Positions 46,769-55,116 of a DNA stretch of 55,116 nucleotides are shown here, in pieces. Under the pieces are notes generated by a model, which ran no database searches, was not told the origin of the DNA, and saw nothing but the letters and a program-made list of their open reading frames with translations. Location: IMG/VR virus record IMGVR_UViG_3300020325_000019, positions 1 to 55,116 of that record, one strand, 5' to 3'. Origin of the DNA: a virus. Taxonomy: Duplodnaviria; Caudoviricetes. A program made the position numbers and the translations under genes. Each line of letters starts with the position of its first letter. Position 1 is the first letter of the stretch.

Positions 46769-47227
46769 ATGACCACTCAGGTACAATTTAGAAAAGGCAC
46801 AACTCCCGAGCACGCCCAATTTACTGGGGCGCTTGCTGAAATTACAGTTGATACTAGCAAAAAGACAGCTGTTATACATGATGGACAAGATCGTGGTGGT
46901 TTTGAACTACAACGTGCTAGATGGGAAGTTGTAAATACAAGCGGTAGTTTATCATGTGGGTTGCGATGGTTAATTGATACTTCCGCATCTGCTCTATCAT
47001 TGCAAATGCCATATGAATCAAATGGAGCAGTTCCACATGTTGGTGATATGCTGGAGGTAGTTGATTTCAAAGCAACCTGGGCTATAAATAATGTTACGTT
47101 AACAACTACTGGCGGACAACTGTTCTTGAACAAATTTGGGAACACTGATTCCACATTTGTTTTGGATGTGGCTGGTCTATATGTTCAGTTTATCTGGGAC
47201 GGAACTTACTGGAGGATCATGGCATGA
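46769..47227 (+). CDS. short tail-fibre-associated protein with Mtd_N-like N-terminus (152 aa)
   Basis: QVQFRKGTT..H..FTGALAEITVDT.K....IHDG...GG is the major-tropism-determinant N-terminal type motif; the C-terminal DTS...L.MP...GD...VD....W..NNVTL domain is of fibre type. Confidence 0.75.
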   Translation: MTTQVQFRKGTTPEHAQFTGALAEITVDTSKKTAVIHDGQDRGGFELQRARWEVVNTSGSLSCGLRWLIDTSASALSLQMPYESNGAVPHVGDMLEVVDFKATWAINNVTLTTTGGQLFLNKFGNTDSTFVLDVAGLYVQFIWDGTYWRIMA

Positions 47228-47592
47228 GTTTATACCTCAGCGCAAGCACGGCAACCCAAGAACAAGCGGTTGCTAATTCAAACGACTTTACCGTACACGC
47301 TCTGAGAAGAGATAAAGACGGTATGCTTCGTTATACAGTGGCAAGATCCACAGAAGATGAAGTATTTGATTTCCACAGAACTGATGGTGAAGAATATAAG
47401 GATTTTCTCCAAGGAGAAGAATATATTGATGCTACTCCAAATGTAGCAAGACAATATTTCAATGATCCTGATGATAAATATCAACAGTTCAGGTTTGATT
47501 TCAGACGCTTGACATATTTTATTGATGATGATGGTTACTTAGTCGCAAGGCTAAATAAAGAATATGATCATACTACTCAAGGACCTAAGTAA
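47224..47592 (+). CDS. conserved hypothetical protein (122 aa)
   Basis: ATGA overlap with the upstream gene; HALRRDKDGMLRYT...KYQQFRFD...YFIDDDGYLVAR. Confidence 0.8.
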   Translation: MSLYLSASTATQEQAVANSNDFTVHALRRDKDGMLRYTVARSTEDEVFDFHRTDGEEYKDFLQGEEYIDATPNVARQYFNDPDDKYQQFRFDFRRLTYFIDDDGYLVARLNKEYDHTTQGPK

Positions 47593-47603
47593 GGATTTAA
47601 AAA

Positions 47604-50600
47604 ATGGCAGATTTTAGACTCGGCAGACTGAAGTTTAAGTGGCGCGGTGATTGGGCAGCGTCATATGCATACGTTATTGACGATATTGTCAAGTACGGTG
47701 CAAATGCATACGTCTGTACCACCAATCATACCTCTTCAGCATCAGAGACATCGTTCTACTCTGCTGACTTGGCGAACTGGGATCTCCATACGGAAGGTCT
47801 TAGAACTCGCGGAGATTATCAAACCACTGGAGTTTGGTATGCTCTGAATGATATTGTCAAGTATGGCAATACCGTATATCGTTGTACAACTGCACATACT
47901 GGTCCTGCCACTTTTGATTTTACTAAGTGGGCAGTTTATTCTGAGGGTCTAAACTTTGAAAGTACCTGGGATTCGGCAACCGTTTATCAGAAGGGAGACA
48001 TTGTAACCTTCGGTGGTTACACTTATATTGCCCAGCAAAATTCAACAAACATTGCTCCCAATACAGACGAAGCGTATTGGAAAGTTCTTACTACAGGTTT
48101 CTCCCCACAGGGTGATTACAATCCTGCTGAGATATATGAACCTGGCAACCTTGTTAAGTATGGCGGTAATTCTTATTCCTGTAAGGTTACCACATCAACC
48201 GAAAATTATGCTGTAACATCAACTTCTGGCGATGGATCAACAGCAACTGTTGTTTTTGCCACTACACAACCAGCGGCACCATTTGGTATCGGTGATGAAG
48301 TAACTATCTCTGGTTCTTCACAAGCTGGATATGATGGAACTTATAGAGTTCTAACCTGCACAACAACAGGGTTTACTTATGCAAACACAACAACACTAGC
48401 ATCTACAGGTGGAAGTGTAGCATATGTCCCCGTACCTTCAAACACCAGATTCTGGGATCTTGTTATCGAAGGTCTAAACTTCACTGGTGCTTGGACAAAT
48501 TCAACTGTTTATCAACTAGGTGATGTTGTTAACAGAAATGGTAACTCCTACGTTTGTATCACTCTCAACACAACAGGAGCAGCAACTGCACCTGAATTAG
48601 ATACTAACGCAAATTACTGGAACTACCTATCACAGGGTGGTGACGCTGCTCAGGTTCTACAAGAAACTGGTGACCTTATTTACCAATCTGCTTCTGGTAT
48701 TAACAGAATTCCTCTTCCTGCAAACGTTGCAACTGCAACTGCAGCAGAAATTCGTGAAGCAAGTGGTAAAGTTCTAACTGTTGGTGGTACGCCAATCCTA
48801 CCAAGATGGGAATCAAATAACACAACCAATCAAGTTTATTATGTTGCGAAAGAAGGTTCTGATGCCAACAGTGGCAGAAGCATCTCTAGAGCATTTGCAA
48901 GTTTAAGACATGCATGTGATTACATTGGTGCTTTGACAGGTGGTAATGCACCATCCTTGACTAACCCAATCACTATTTACGTTAAGGCAGGTGTTTACGA
49001 AGAAACACTACCTATCGTTGTCCCATCACACGTTTCGATTGTTGGTGATAACCTAAGAAACAGCATCATCAAACCAAAATCTGGTTTTAACTCAGATACA
49101 CAAACATTAATTCTTGCTACTGGTATTAATCACTTCCAGTATGGTGATACTGTTTCAAACAAAACTGAGACAAAAACCTGTAAGATTCTTGAGTATAATT
49201 CGACTACAAGAACTGTAACGATTGAACAACTTACTGGTGGAGCTTGGTCTTCCGCAGATAAGTTTACTAACACTGAATCACATCAATCAGCAGATGCTAG
49301 AAACCTTCTGCTCGCTAACAAGTCGTTCCTTGCAAATAATGCATACTTAGCACTTATTGGAACTGGTGTTTCTCCTTCTGAAACTCAAACTGATATTTTA
49401 GCAAGAGCAGAATCCTTTGTTGAAAAACTAGCGTTTAACACCAGAGCTGGTGGTAACGATAAAGTACATGCTTTCACTCTTTCTATTGTCAACGGTGACA
49501 ATTTTACTGGTGATGCTGCACAAGATGCTGACCTCATCGAATTCCTTAATAATGATGCTAAGAAAGTTGTCGATAACGAAAATGTAGATGTAGTTTATGG
49601 TCACGGTATTGCTCAGGTAAAAGACACTTCTATTACTGATTCGGCAACCAATTGCGCTACTGTTACATCTGCTATTAACACTCTTTGTTTGTTGGCATCT
49701 ACTAGTTTTGATGCTGGTTCTATGCAAGCAGGAGCAACTGAAGATGCATATCGTGACATCAGTACCGCTGCTGGAATTGTAAACCAAGAAGCAACAATGT
49801 TCTTCGTTGGTTCCCACACCATCCTCAAAGATATGGTTTGGGAGGGCATGTCTGGATTCCAACCATATGCAACTGATGATAAGGATGTTGATCATGCAAC
49901 GCTTAAGGGTGTATATCTACGTCTAGATCCAAATTCCCCAATCACCAAGTCACCATATATTCAGAACTGTGCTGCTATTGGCGGTGCTGCTGTAGGTGTT
50001 GTACTTGATGGTGGAACTCACGAAAGATATGACAATACCTCGACTAGATCTAACAAGTCGATGGTGTTTGACTCCTACACTCAGATCCTCGATGGTGGTG
50101 TTGGTTTCTACGTAACTAGAGGTGCTGCTTCCGAGATTGTTTCTTGCTTTACCTACTACTGCCATATTTCTTATACCTCTACAAGAGGTGGTAGAATTCG
50201 TGCTGTTTCTGGTAACTCTTCTTATGGTAAGTACGGTTGTATTGCTAGAGGATTTGACGCTAATGAAGTTACCACTGATGGTAAGGTCAAGGGTCTTCGT
50301 TTAGAATTTAACCCATCTGCAGCTAAAGACGGTGGATACACTCCTGGTGAGAGAATCGTCGGTGGTACTTCTGGTGCAGTTGGTGAATTGGTCAGCGATC
50401 AATCTCCTTCTAACTACCTCTATTACTTCCCAGTCAAAGGAACCTTTGTACAGGGTGAGACAGTTACTGGACAACTTTCATCCGCATATGTAACTCTCGT
50501 TAATAACACTGATGCAGTTACTGGACAGAAAGGTTTCGTACTTACTGTTGTTGATCTCGCTTCTGGTCCCGACCAGGGTGGTTCTGTCGAGATGCAGGAC

Positions 50601-52283
50601 AATGGAGTCAATGATGACTCTGGTTCATACGTTATCTCCAACTCCAGTTACACTGCTCCAGATGGCAGAGGTTCTCTAACTGTAACAAGAGCAGCTCTTG
50701 GATCAACCGCTGCAGCACATGATGGTACAACTGGAATTGCACACTATAAGGAAAACGTTAACGGCGAAACCACTACCCTAACTGGTGCTATTAACTCAAC
50801 CTCAACAGGTACTGAGCAAGCACCATACATCATGGGTGTTGACAGTGTTGCTGGAATGGTTGCAACTGGATACGTTGTTGTTGGTGCTGAACTTTTCAAA
50901 GTTGTCTCTATCTCTGGAGCACAACAAATCGAAGTTGCTAGAGCACAAGATGGTACTGTTGCACAGGCACACAGTCAGGGTGATGTAGTAACAATCTTCC
51001 AACCAAAAATTGCAGCAAACGATGCTTCTGCTGATGAGTTGATTGAAGATACTGATGCAGTACAAACTGATCTTCGTGTTGCAAAAGCAAATATCAGTTT
51101 TGAAGCAAATGACTACATCAAGATTGATAACGAATTCTTCCTTATCTCTGCAGTAACTCCAGACACAACTGGTATTACTACGCTGCTATTCTCTGATGAG
51201 AAAGTAATTGCTGCTGGTAATGGTCAGGACTTCAAGATTCGCTATCGCTATTCACAGGTTCGCCTAACTGCACACGACTTCCTAGATATCGGTACTGGAA
51301 GCAAGGCAAATACAAACTGGCCTGGTCTACCACTTTCACCAAACGTTCCTTCTCAGGAAACCGATGAATCCCGCCCTGGTCGTGTTTACTACGTATCCAC
51401 GGACCAAGATGGTAACTTCGCAGTTGGTAAGTACTTCCGAGTTGAACAGGCAACTGGTAAGGCAACCCTAGACGCTTCCGCGTTTGACTTGTCTGGTCTA
51501 TCAAGTTTGAGACTTGGTTCTATCGGTGCTCAGTTGGGTGCTGCTATTAACGAGTTCTCGACTGACGGCACGATGGCGCAGAACAGTAACGAGAAAGTTC
51601 CTACTCAGGCAGCAGTCGTTACTTATGTCAGCAACCTAAGTGGTGTTGATTCTGACTTCCTTATCGGTGGTAACCTCACTGTTAAGGGAACTACAACAAC
51701 TGTTGCTTCAGTTACTGTTACTTCTAAAGATCGTAACATTGAACTTGGTACTGTTGCTTCTGGAACCTTTACTGGTGATATCGCTGCTGGTTCAACTGAC
51801 ATTACAAACGTCAGTGACACTACCAACATTGCACCAGGAGTTAATATTAGTTTGACTGGTGGTGGTGGAACCGTCACTATGTCTGGAACATATACAGTAG
51901 CATCCATCAGTGGAACTACTGTAACATTGAGTGCTATCTTCCAGGGATCTGGAAGTGCAACTGGTGCAAGTTTCAGTGCAGGTGGTGCAACAGATGTTAC
52001 CGCTGACGGTGGTGGTTTGACACTGAAAGCTGCGGCAGATAAGACCATCTCTTGGGATGCATCTACTGATGCTTGGGTACTTAACGTTGATGTCAATCTA
52101 CCTTCAGGTAAGGGTTATCACATTGATGGAACAAGCGTTCTAAGTGCTACAACTGTCCTCGGCAAATCTATTGCTACTGACTTTGGCACAGTTGATAATT
52201 CATCCCTCCCAACAACTCTAGCAGTAGAAAATCGCATCAAGAGTGCGGTGACTGCTGTTGGGTTCTACATGGGTGCCCTTTGA
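47604..52283 (+). CDS. tail fibre/spike protein (1559 aa) with CBM5/12-like repeats and a pectin-lyase-like region
   Basis: Five W/Y...Y...D(I/V)VxxGxxxYxC/A repeats; VYYVAKEGSDANSG...AFASL..A...TIYVKAGVYEE.LPI.VP..VSIVGD.LR, a typical beta-helix start; SPYIQNC...SMVFDSYTQ; AINEFSTD...VPTQ.AV..Y. Confidence 0.82.
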   Translation: MADFRLGRLKFKWRGDWAASYAYVIDDIVKYGANAYVCTTNHTSSASETSFYSADLANWDLHTEGLRTRGDYQTTGVWYALNDIVKYGNTVYRCTTAHTGPATFDFTKWAVYSEGLNFESTWDSATVYQKGDIVTFGGYTYIAQQNSTNIAPNTDEAYWKVLTTGFSPQGDYNPAEIYEPGNLVKYGGNSYSCKVTTSTENYAVTSTSGDGSTATVVFATTQPAAPFGIGDEVTISGSSQAGYDGTYRVLTCTTTGFTYANTTTLASTGGSVAYVPVPSNTRFWDLVIEGLNFTGAWTNSTVYQLGDVVNRNGNSYVCITLNTTGAATAPELDTNANYWNYLSQGGDAAQVLQETGDLIYQSASGINRIPLPANVATATAAEIREASGKVLTVGGTPILPRWESNNTTNQVYYVAKEGSDANSGRSISRAFASLRHACDYIGALTGGNAPSLTNPITIYVKAGVYEETLPIVVPSHVSIVGDNLRNSIIKPKSGFNSDTQTLILATGINHFQYGDTVSNKTETKTCKILEYNSTTRTVTIEQLTGGAWSSADKFTNTESHQSADARNLLLANKSFLANNAYLALIGTGVSPSETQTDILARAESFVEKLAFNTRAGGNDKVHAFTLSIVNGDNFTGDAAQDADLIEFLNNDAKKVVDNENVDVVYGHGIAQVKDTSITDSATNCATVTSAINTLCLLASTSFDAGSMQAGATEDAYRDISTAAGIVNQEATMFFVGSHTILKDMVWEGMSGFQPYATDDKDVDHATLKGVYLRLDPNSPITKSPYIQNCAAIGGAAVGVVLDGGTHERYDNTSTRSNKSMVFDSYTQILDGGVGFYVTRGAASEIVSCFTYYCHISYTSTRGGRIRAVSGNSSYGKYGCIARGFDANEVTTDGKVKGLRLEFNPSAAKDGGYTPGERIVGGTSGAVGELVSDQSPSNYLYYFPVKGTFVQGETVTGQLSSAYVTLVNNTDAVTGQKGFVLTVVDLASGPDQGGSVEMQDNGVNDDSGSYVISNSSYTAPDGRGSLTVTRAALGSTAAAHDGTTGIAHYKENVNGETTTLTGAINSTSTGTEQAPYIMGVDSVAGMVATGYVVVGAELFKVVSISGAQQIEVARAQDGTVAQAHSQGDVVTIFQPKIAANDASADELIEDTDAVQTDLRVAKANISFEANDYIKIDNEFFLISAVTPDTTGITTLLFSDEKVIAAGNGQDFKIRYRYSQVRLTAHDFLDIGTGSKANTNWPGLPLSPNVPSQETDESRPGRVYYVSTDQDGNFAVGKYFRVEQATGKATLDASAFDLSGLSSLRLGSIGAQLGAAINEFSTDGTMAQNSNEKVPTQAAVVTYVSNLSGVDSDFLIGGNLTVKGTTTTVASVTVTSKDRNIELGTVASGTFTGDIAAGSTDITNVSDTTNIAPGVNISLTGGGGTVTMSGTYTVASISGTTVTLSAIFQGSGSATGASFSAGGATDVTADGGGLTLKAAADKTISWDASTDAWVLNVDVNLPSGKGYHIDGTSVLSATTVLGKSIATDFGTVDNSSLPTTLAVENRIKSAVTAVGFYMGAL

Positions 52284-52292
52284 TATGACTGC

Positions 52293-52322
52293 AATACTTG
52301 GGCATTAAACTGCCCAAGTATT
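52293..52322 (+). other. perfect 12-bp hairpin without U-tract (possible terminator or mRNA-end stabiliser)
   Basis: aatacttgggca-ttaaac-tgcccaagtatt, starting 10 nt after the stop at 52283. Confidence 0.7.
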
Positions 52323-52329
52323 ATAAATA
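52322..52329 (+). promoter_or_regulatory. T4 late promoter TATAAATA
   Basis: Perfect box abutting the hairpin, upstream of SD GGAG and ATG 52378. Confidence 0.85.
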
Positions 52330-52377
52330 ATGACAAACAGAGTTTTCGTCTAATTTCTTAAAACGGAGAAAAAACCA

Positions 52378-52692
52378 ATGGCTTCAGGAGTATACGGTAA
52401 GGCAGATTTAGCTGCTACAACATGGACAGAAATTGCTGCTGCGCCTACTTCGGGCGTAAAGGTAACCAGCGTTAGTATCTGCAATAGAACTGCTGCTGAA
52501 ATCACTGTCCGTTTGGCAATCGCTGCAGATTCATCTAGCGTCGTCGATAGTGATTATATTGAATATGATACCAAAATCCCAGCAAACGGCGTTCTAGAAA
52601 GATCGGGCATTGTTCTCAGTGCTAGTAACGGTTTAATGGCATACGCTAGTGATACTGGCATCAGTGCTATTGCCTATGGCGTTGATGGTTGA
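52378..52692 (+). CDS. small fibre-associated structural protein (104 aa)
   Basis: SVSICNR......VRLAI.......DYIEYD..IPANGVLERSGIVL pattern, which I associate with genes preceding Gly-rich fibre genes in marine phages. Confidence 0.78.
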   Translation: MASGVYGKADLAATTWTEIAAAPTSGVKVTSVSICNRTAAEITVRLAIAADSSSVVDSDYIEYDTKIPANGVLERSGIVLSASNGLMAYASDTGISAIAYGVDG

Positions 52693-52728
52693 TAATTGTT
52701 CTTTTAAATCACTTAGGAAGTAAAACAA

Positions 52729-53901
52729 ATGGCAAGATTTATTACACAAACAGGAGGAAGTGGGGGCGCTGCTGGCGATCCATACGGTCCTTATAATAGG
52801 GTTGATATGTATAAGGACAATGGTTCTTATACATGGAATCCAGATAACTTAGACACGACAGTTCCAGTTAGAGTTTACGTCTGGGGTGCTGGTGGTGCTG
52901 GTGGTTCTTCATCATACGCATATGGCGGTGGTGGCGGTGGTCTAGCAATTAAAGAAATTGCAGCAGCATCCGCAAACGGAACTTCTATCACGGTTGCTGA
53001 CAGAGGAACTAACATGAGCAACCGAGCATCCACTTCATCGTTCGGTTCTCACTGCAGTGCTCACGGTGGATGGGGTGGAAACACTACTGGCAGTGGATCT
53101 GCTGGTTCCAACAACTACAGCGGCAACATTGGCGAAGGTGGTTGGGGTATCGGTGGAGACATCAACCTAAAAGGTGGTAATGGTGGATCTGGTGGTTACA
53201 ACAGTGGTTCTGGATATGGTGGCGGCGGTGGTTCCGCTCCTGGTCCTGGTTTTAGTATGGCTGGTCCTGTCCCACTAAAAGCAGGATTCTTCCGTAATGG
53301 ATATAGAGGTGGTAACTGCACTTCCCATGGATCTGGTGGTGGCGGCGGTATCGGCGGTGAAGGCGGATACGGTCAACCATACTGTGGTGGCGGTGGCGGT
53401 GGTTCCGCTGGTCCTGGTGAACCACGTACTAATATGAGCCAATCAATGGTTGGTGGTTGTGGTGGTCCTGGTACTCTAGGTGCTGGTGGATCAGGTGCCA
53501 ACTCACGTATGACATATTCATCCTATGGTGGTGCAATGTCAGATAACGCAGAATCTGGTCAGGGCACTGCTATCATCGAACCAAATCGTCTCGTCTTTGG
53601 CGGCGGCGGCGGTGGCGGCGGCAGCATTATGGCAACATACTCTTCTTGGTACGTTCCTGTTGGAACTCCTGGTTGTGGTGGTCCTGGCGCTGGCGGCGGT
53701 GGAATGGGTAACTACTCAGGTTCTACTGGTGCTTACGTACCTTCTGGTCCTGGCGGAATGCTAGGCGGTGGCGGTGGTGCTTCTGCATATATGATGGGCG
53801 GCTTCGGCGGTAACGCTGGTGGAGGCGGCGGATCAGGGTATCAATACCATGGTTACGGCGGCGAAGGATTAGTTATTATTCAATACAAAGTTACCGAATA
53901 A
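52729..53901 (+). CDS. glycine-rich putative adhesin (390 aa)
   Basis: GSYTW...VRVYVWGAGGAGG...GGGGGLA...polyglycine tracts...GEGLVIIQY; same frame of motifs as the Gly-rich half of 35445..36893. Confidence 0.8.
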   Translation: MARFITQTGGSGGAAGDPYGPYNRVDMYKDNGSYTWNPDNLDTTVPVRVYVWGAGGAGGSSSYAYGGGGGGLAIKEIAAASANGTSITVADRGTNMSNRASTSSFGSHCSAHGGWGGNTTGSGSAGSNNYSGNIGEGGWGIGGDINLKGGNGGSGGYNSGSGYGGGGGSAPGPGFSMAGPVPLKAGFFRNGYRGGNCTSHGSGGGGGIGGEGGYGQPYCGGGGGGSAGPGEPRTNMSQSMVGGCGGPGTLGAGGSGANSRMTYSSYGGAMSDNAESGQGTAIIEPNRLVFGGGGGGGGSIMATYSSWYVPVGTPGCGGPGAGGGGMGNYSGSTGAYVPSGPGGMLGGGGGASAYMMGGFGGNAGGGGGSGYQYHGYGGEGLVIIQYKVTE

Positions 53902-53914
53902 GGAGTAAATTAAA

Positions 53915-54352
53915 ATGGCAAAAGCAATTATTCAAAATGATAGAGTCGTAGAGGTCTGCGACGATCCAGTGGGAAAGTATCACCCAGATGTTCTAGCTGA
54001 GTTTGTAGATGTTCCTGACGGAACTAAGCAAGGTCAAAAATCTGATGGTGCTGGTGGATTTGAGGATGATCCTCATAATTTCCATCCAGAACTAGAAGAA
54101 ACCGAACCTGAAGCTCAAATTGTTAGTTACATGCTTTTCATCAGAGGATTAACTTCTGCTGAGCGTGTAGCAACAAAAGGATCTACAGATGTAGATGTTG
54201 TTGACGGTCTAGAACAATTGAGAGATTTTGGTTTCCTAGCAAAATCTGCAGAACTACTAGGACTTCTAGCAAAACTAGAAGAACTAGGAATTCTAACTTC
54301 AGCAAGAAAAACTGAACTAGGAGAAACATTAGGAGTTCCTCCCCAGGAATGA
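53915..54352 (+). CDS. putative tail-fibre assembly/accessory protein (145 aa)
   Basis: SD AAGGAG; MAKAIIQNDRVVEV......YHPD....FVDVPD N-terminus and helical LTSAER...L...GILT..R C-terminus, as in proteins encoded after fibre/adhesin genes. Confidence 0.65.
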   Translation: MAKAIIQNDRVVEVCDDPVGKYHPDVLAEFVDVPDGTKQGQKSDGAGGFEDDPHNFHPELEETEPEAQIVSYMLFIRGLTSAERVATKGSTDVDVVDGLEQLRDFGFLAKSAELLGLLAKLEELGILTSARKTELGETLGVPPQE

Positions 54353-54378
54353 TATATCAGTGATTTAAAAGAACGATT

Positions 54379-54386
54379 TATAAATA
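54379..54386 (+). promoter_or_regulatory. T4 late promoter TATAAATA for gp13
   Basis: Perfect box overlapping the 5' arm of the terminator hairpin. Confidence 0.85.
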
Positions 54387-54413
54387 CCCCTAGGACACTA
54401 GGGGTATTTTTTT
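54382..54413 (+). terminator. Rho-independent terminator overlapping the gp13 promoter and leader
   Basis: aaatacccctag-gaca-ctaggggtattt stem-loop; the T7 run ends at 54413, immediately before ATG 54414. Confidence 0.85.
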
Positions 54414-55116
54414 ATGGCTCAACCTGCAAGTAGGACTGAGCTAAGGGACTATTGTCTTAGACAGTTAGGGTTCCCAGTTCTAGAAATTAATGTTGATGAC
54501 GATCAAATTGATGATGCAATAGATGATGCACTTCAATATTATCGTGAGCGTCACTATGATGGTGTTGAGCGCATGTATCTCAAACATCTGTTTACTGCTG
54601 CAGATGAAACAAAGTTCGATACTTCAGATACAGTAACAACAATCAACGGAACTGATTGGGAAGAAAGAAATAGATACATTGAAATTCCACCCCACGTAAT
54701 GGGAATTTCTAGGGTTTTCGGACTTGCAAGTAATGCAATTAGAAATAATTTATTTGGTATTGAATATCAAATTTTTCTGAATGATCTATATGCTGTCGGT
54801 TCTCTTGATATGCTTAACTACTTTATGGTTAAGCAATGGATGGAAACTATTGATATGGTTTTAAATAATGGTTCTTTTGTTGAGTTTAGATTTAATCAAC
54901 GTCAAGATAGATTGTATCTAGATGTGGGTAAAGATATGCTTGATGAAGATGTATATGTAATCATAGATTGTCACAGAGCACTAGACCCAGATACTTTTAC
55001 GCAAGTTTATAATGATCCATTTGTGAAGAAGTATACAACTGCATTGATCAAGCGTCAGTGGGGACAGAACTTAATTAAGTTTAATGGCATCCAACTTCCT
55101 GGTGGTGTCAGTATGA
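54414..55116 (+). CDS. gp13: neck protein gp13 (3'-truncated by the window edge)
   Basis: MAQPASRTELRDYCLRQLGFPVLEINVDDDQIDDAIDDALQYYRERHYDG...YNDPFVKKYTTALIKRQWGQNLIKFNGIQLPGGVSM; open to the end of the window. Confidence 0.95.
   Translation, partial: MAQPASRTELRDYCLRQLGFPVLEINVDDDQIDDAIDDALQYYRERHYDGVERMYLKHLFTAADETKFDTSDTVTTINGTDWEERNRYIEIPPHVMGISRVFGLASNAIRNNLFGIEYQIFLNDLYAVGSLDMLNYFMVKQWMETIDMVLNNGSFVEFRFNQRQDRLYLDVGKDMLDEDVYVIIDCHRALDPDTFTQVYNDPFVKKYTTALIKRQWGQNLIKFNGIQLPGGVSM

Noticed and set aside
1-55116. tRNA/rRNA genes, integrases or transposases
   Set aside because: Intergenic gaps are short and show no cloverleaf or T-loop signature; no recombinase motifs recognised.

Overview
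This window looks like part of a T4-like marine cyanomyophage genome, with every supported gene on the + strand. The first ~1.2 kb is visibly GC-rich and carries small early-type genes with sigma70-like -10 boxes: a KTSC-like protein, a 72-aa hypothetical and a T5orf172/GIY-YIG-like protein. A structured intergenic boundary follows. The AT-rich remainder is the virion module: small hypotheticals, a PAAR spike tip (gp5.4-like), a small K/R-rich protein next to a SET-domain protein, the baseplate genes gp25, gp6, gp7-like (3128 aa) and gp8, a VrlC-like protein, a large set of tail-fibre/receptor-binding proteins, and the start of neck gene gp13. T4 late-promoter boxes (TATAAATA and variants) precede many of these genes. 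The most striking observation is that the gp7-like protein contains two nested helical domains that align by eye with phycobiliprotein subunits, including equivalents of both bilin-attachment cysteines. A third, degenerate copy lies in a tail-fibre protein. Other highlights are the SET protein paired with a histone-tail-like peptide behind a consensus sigma70 promoter, and fibre proteins carrying type-1 copper motifs, a truncated esterase, a Reelin-like module and DUF1566 + polyglycine domains. All family assignments come from motif recognition by eye and from memory; no database search was run.
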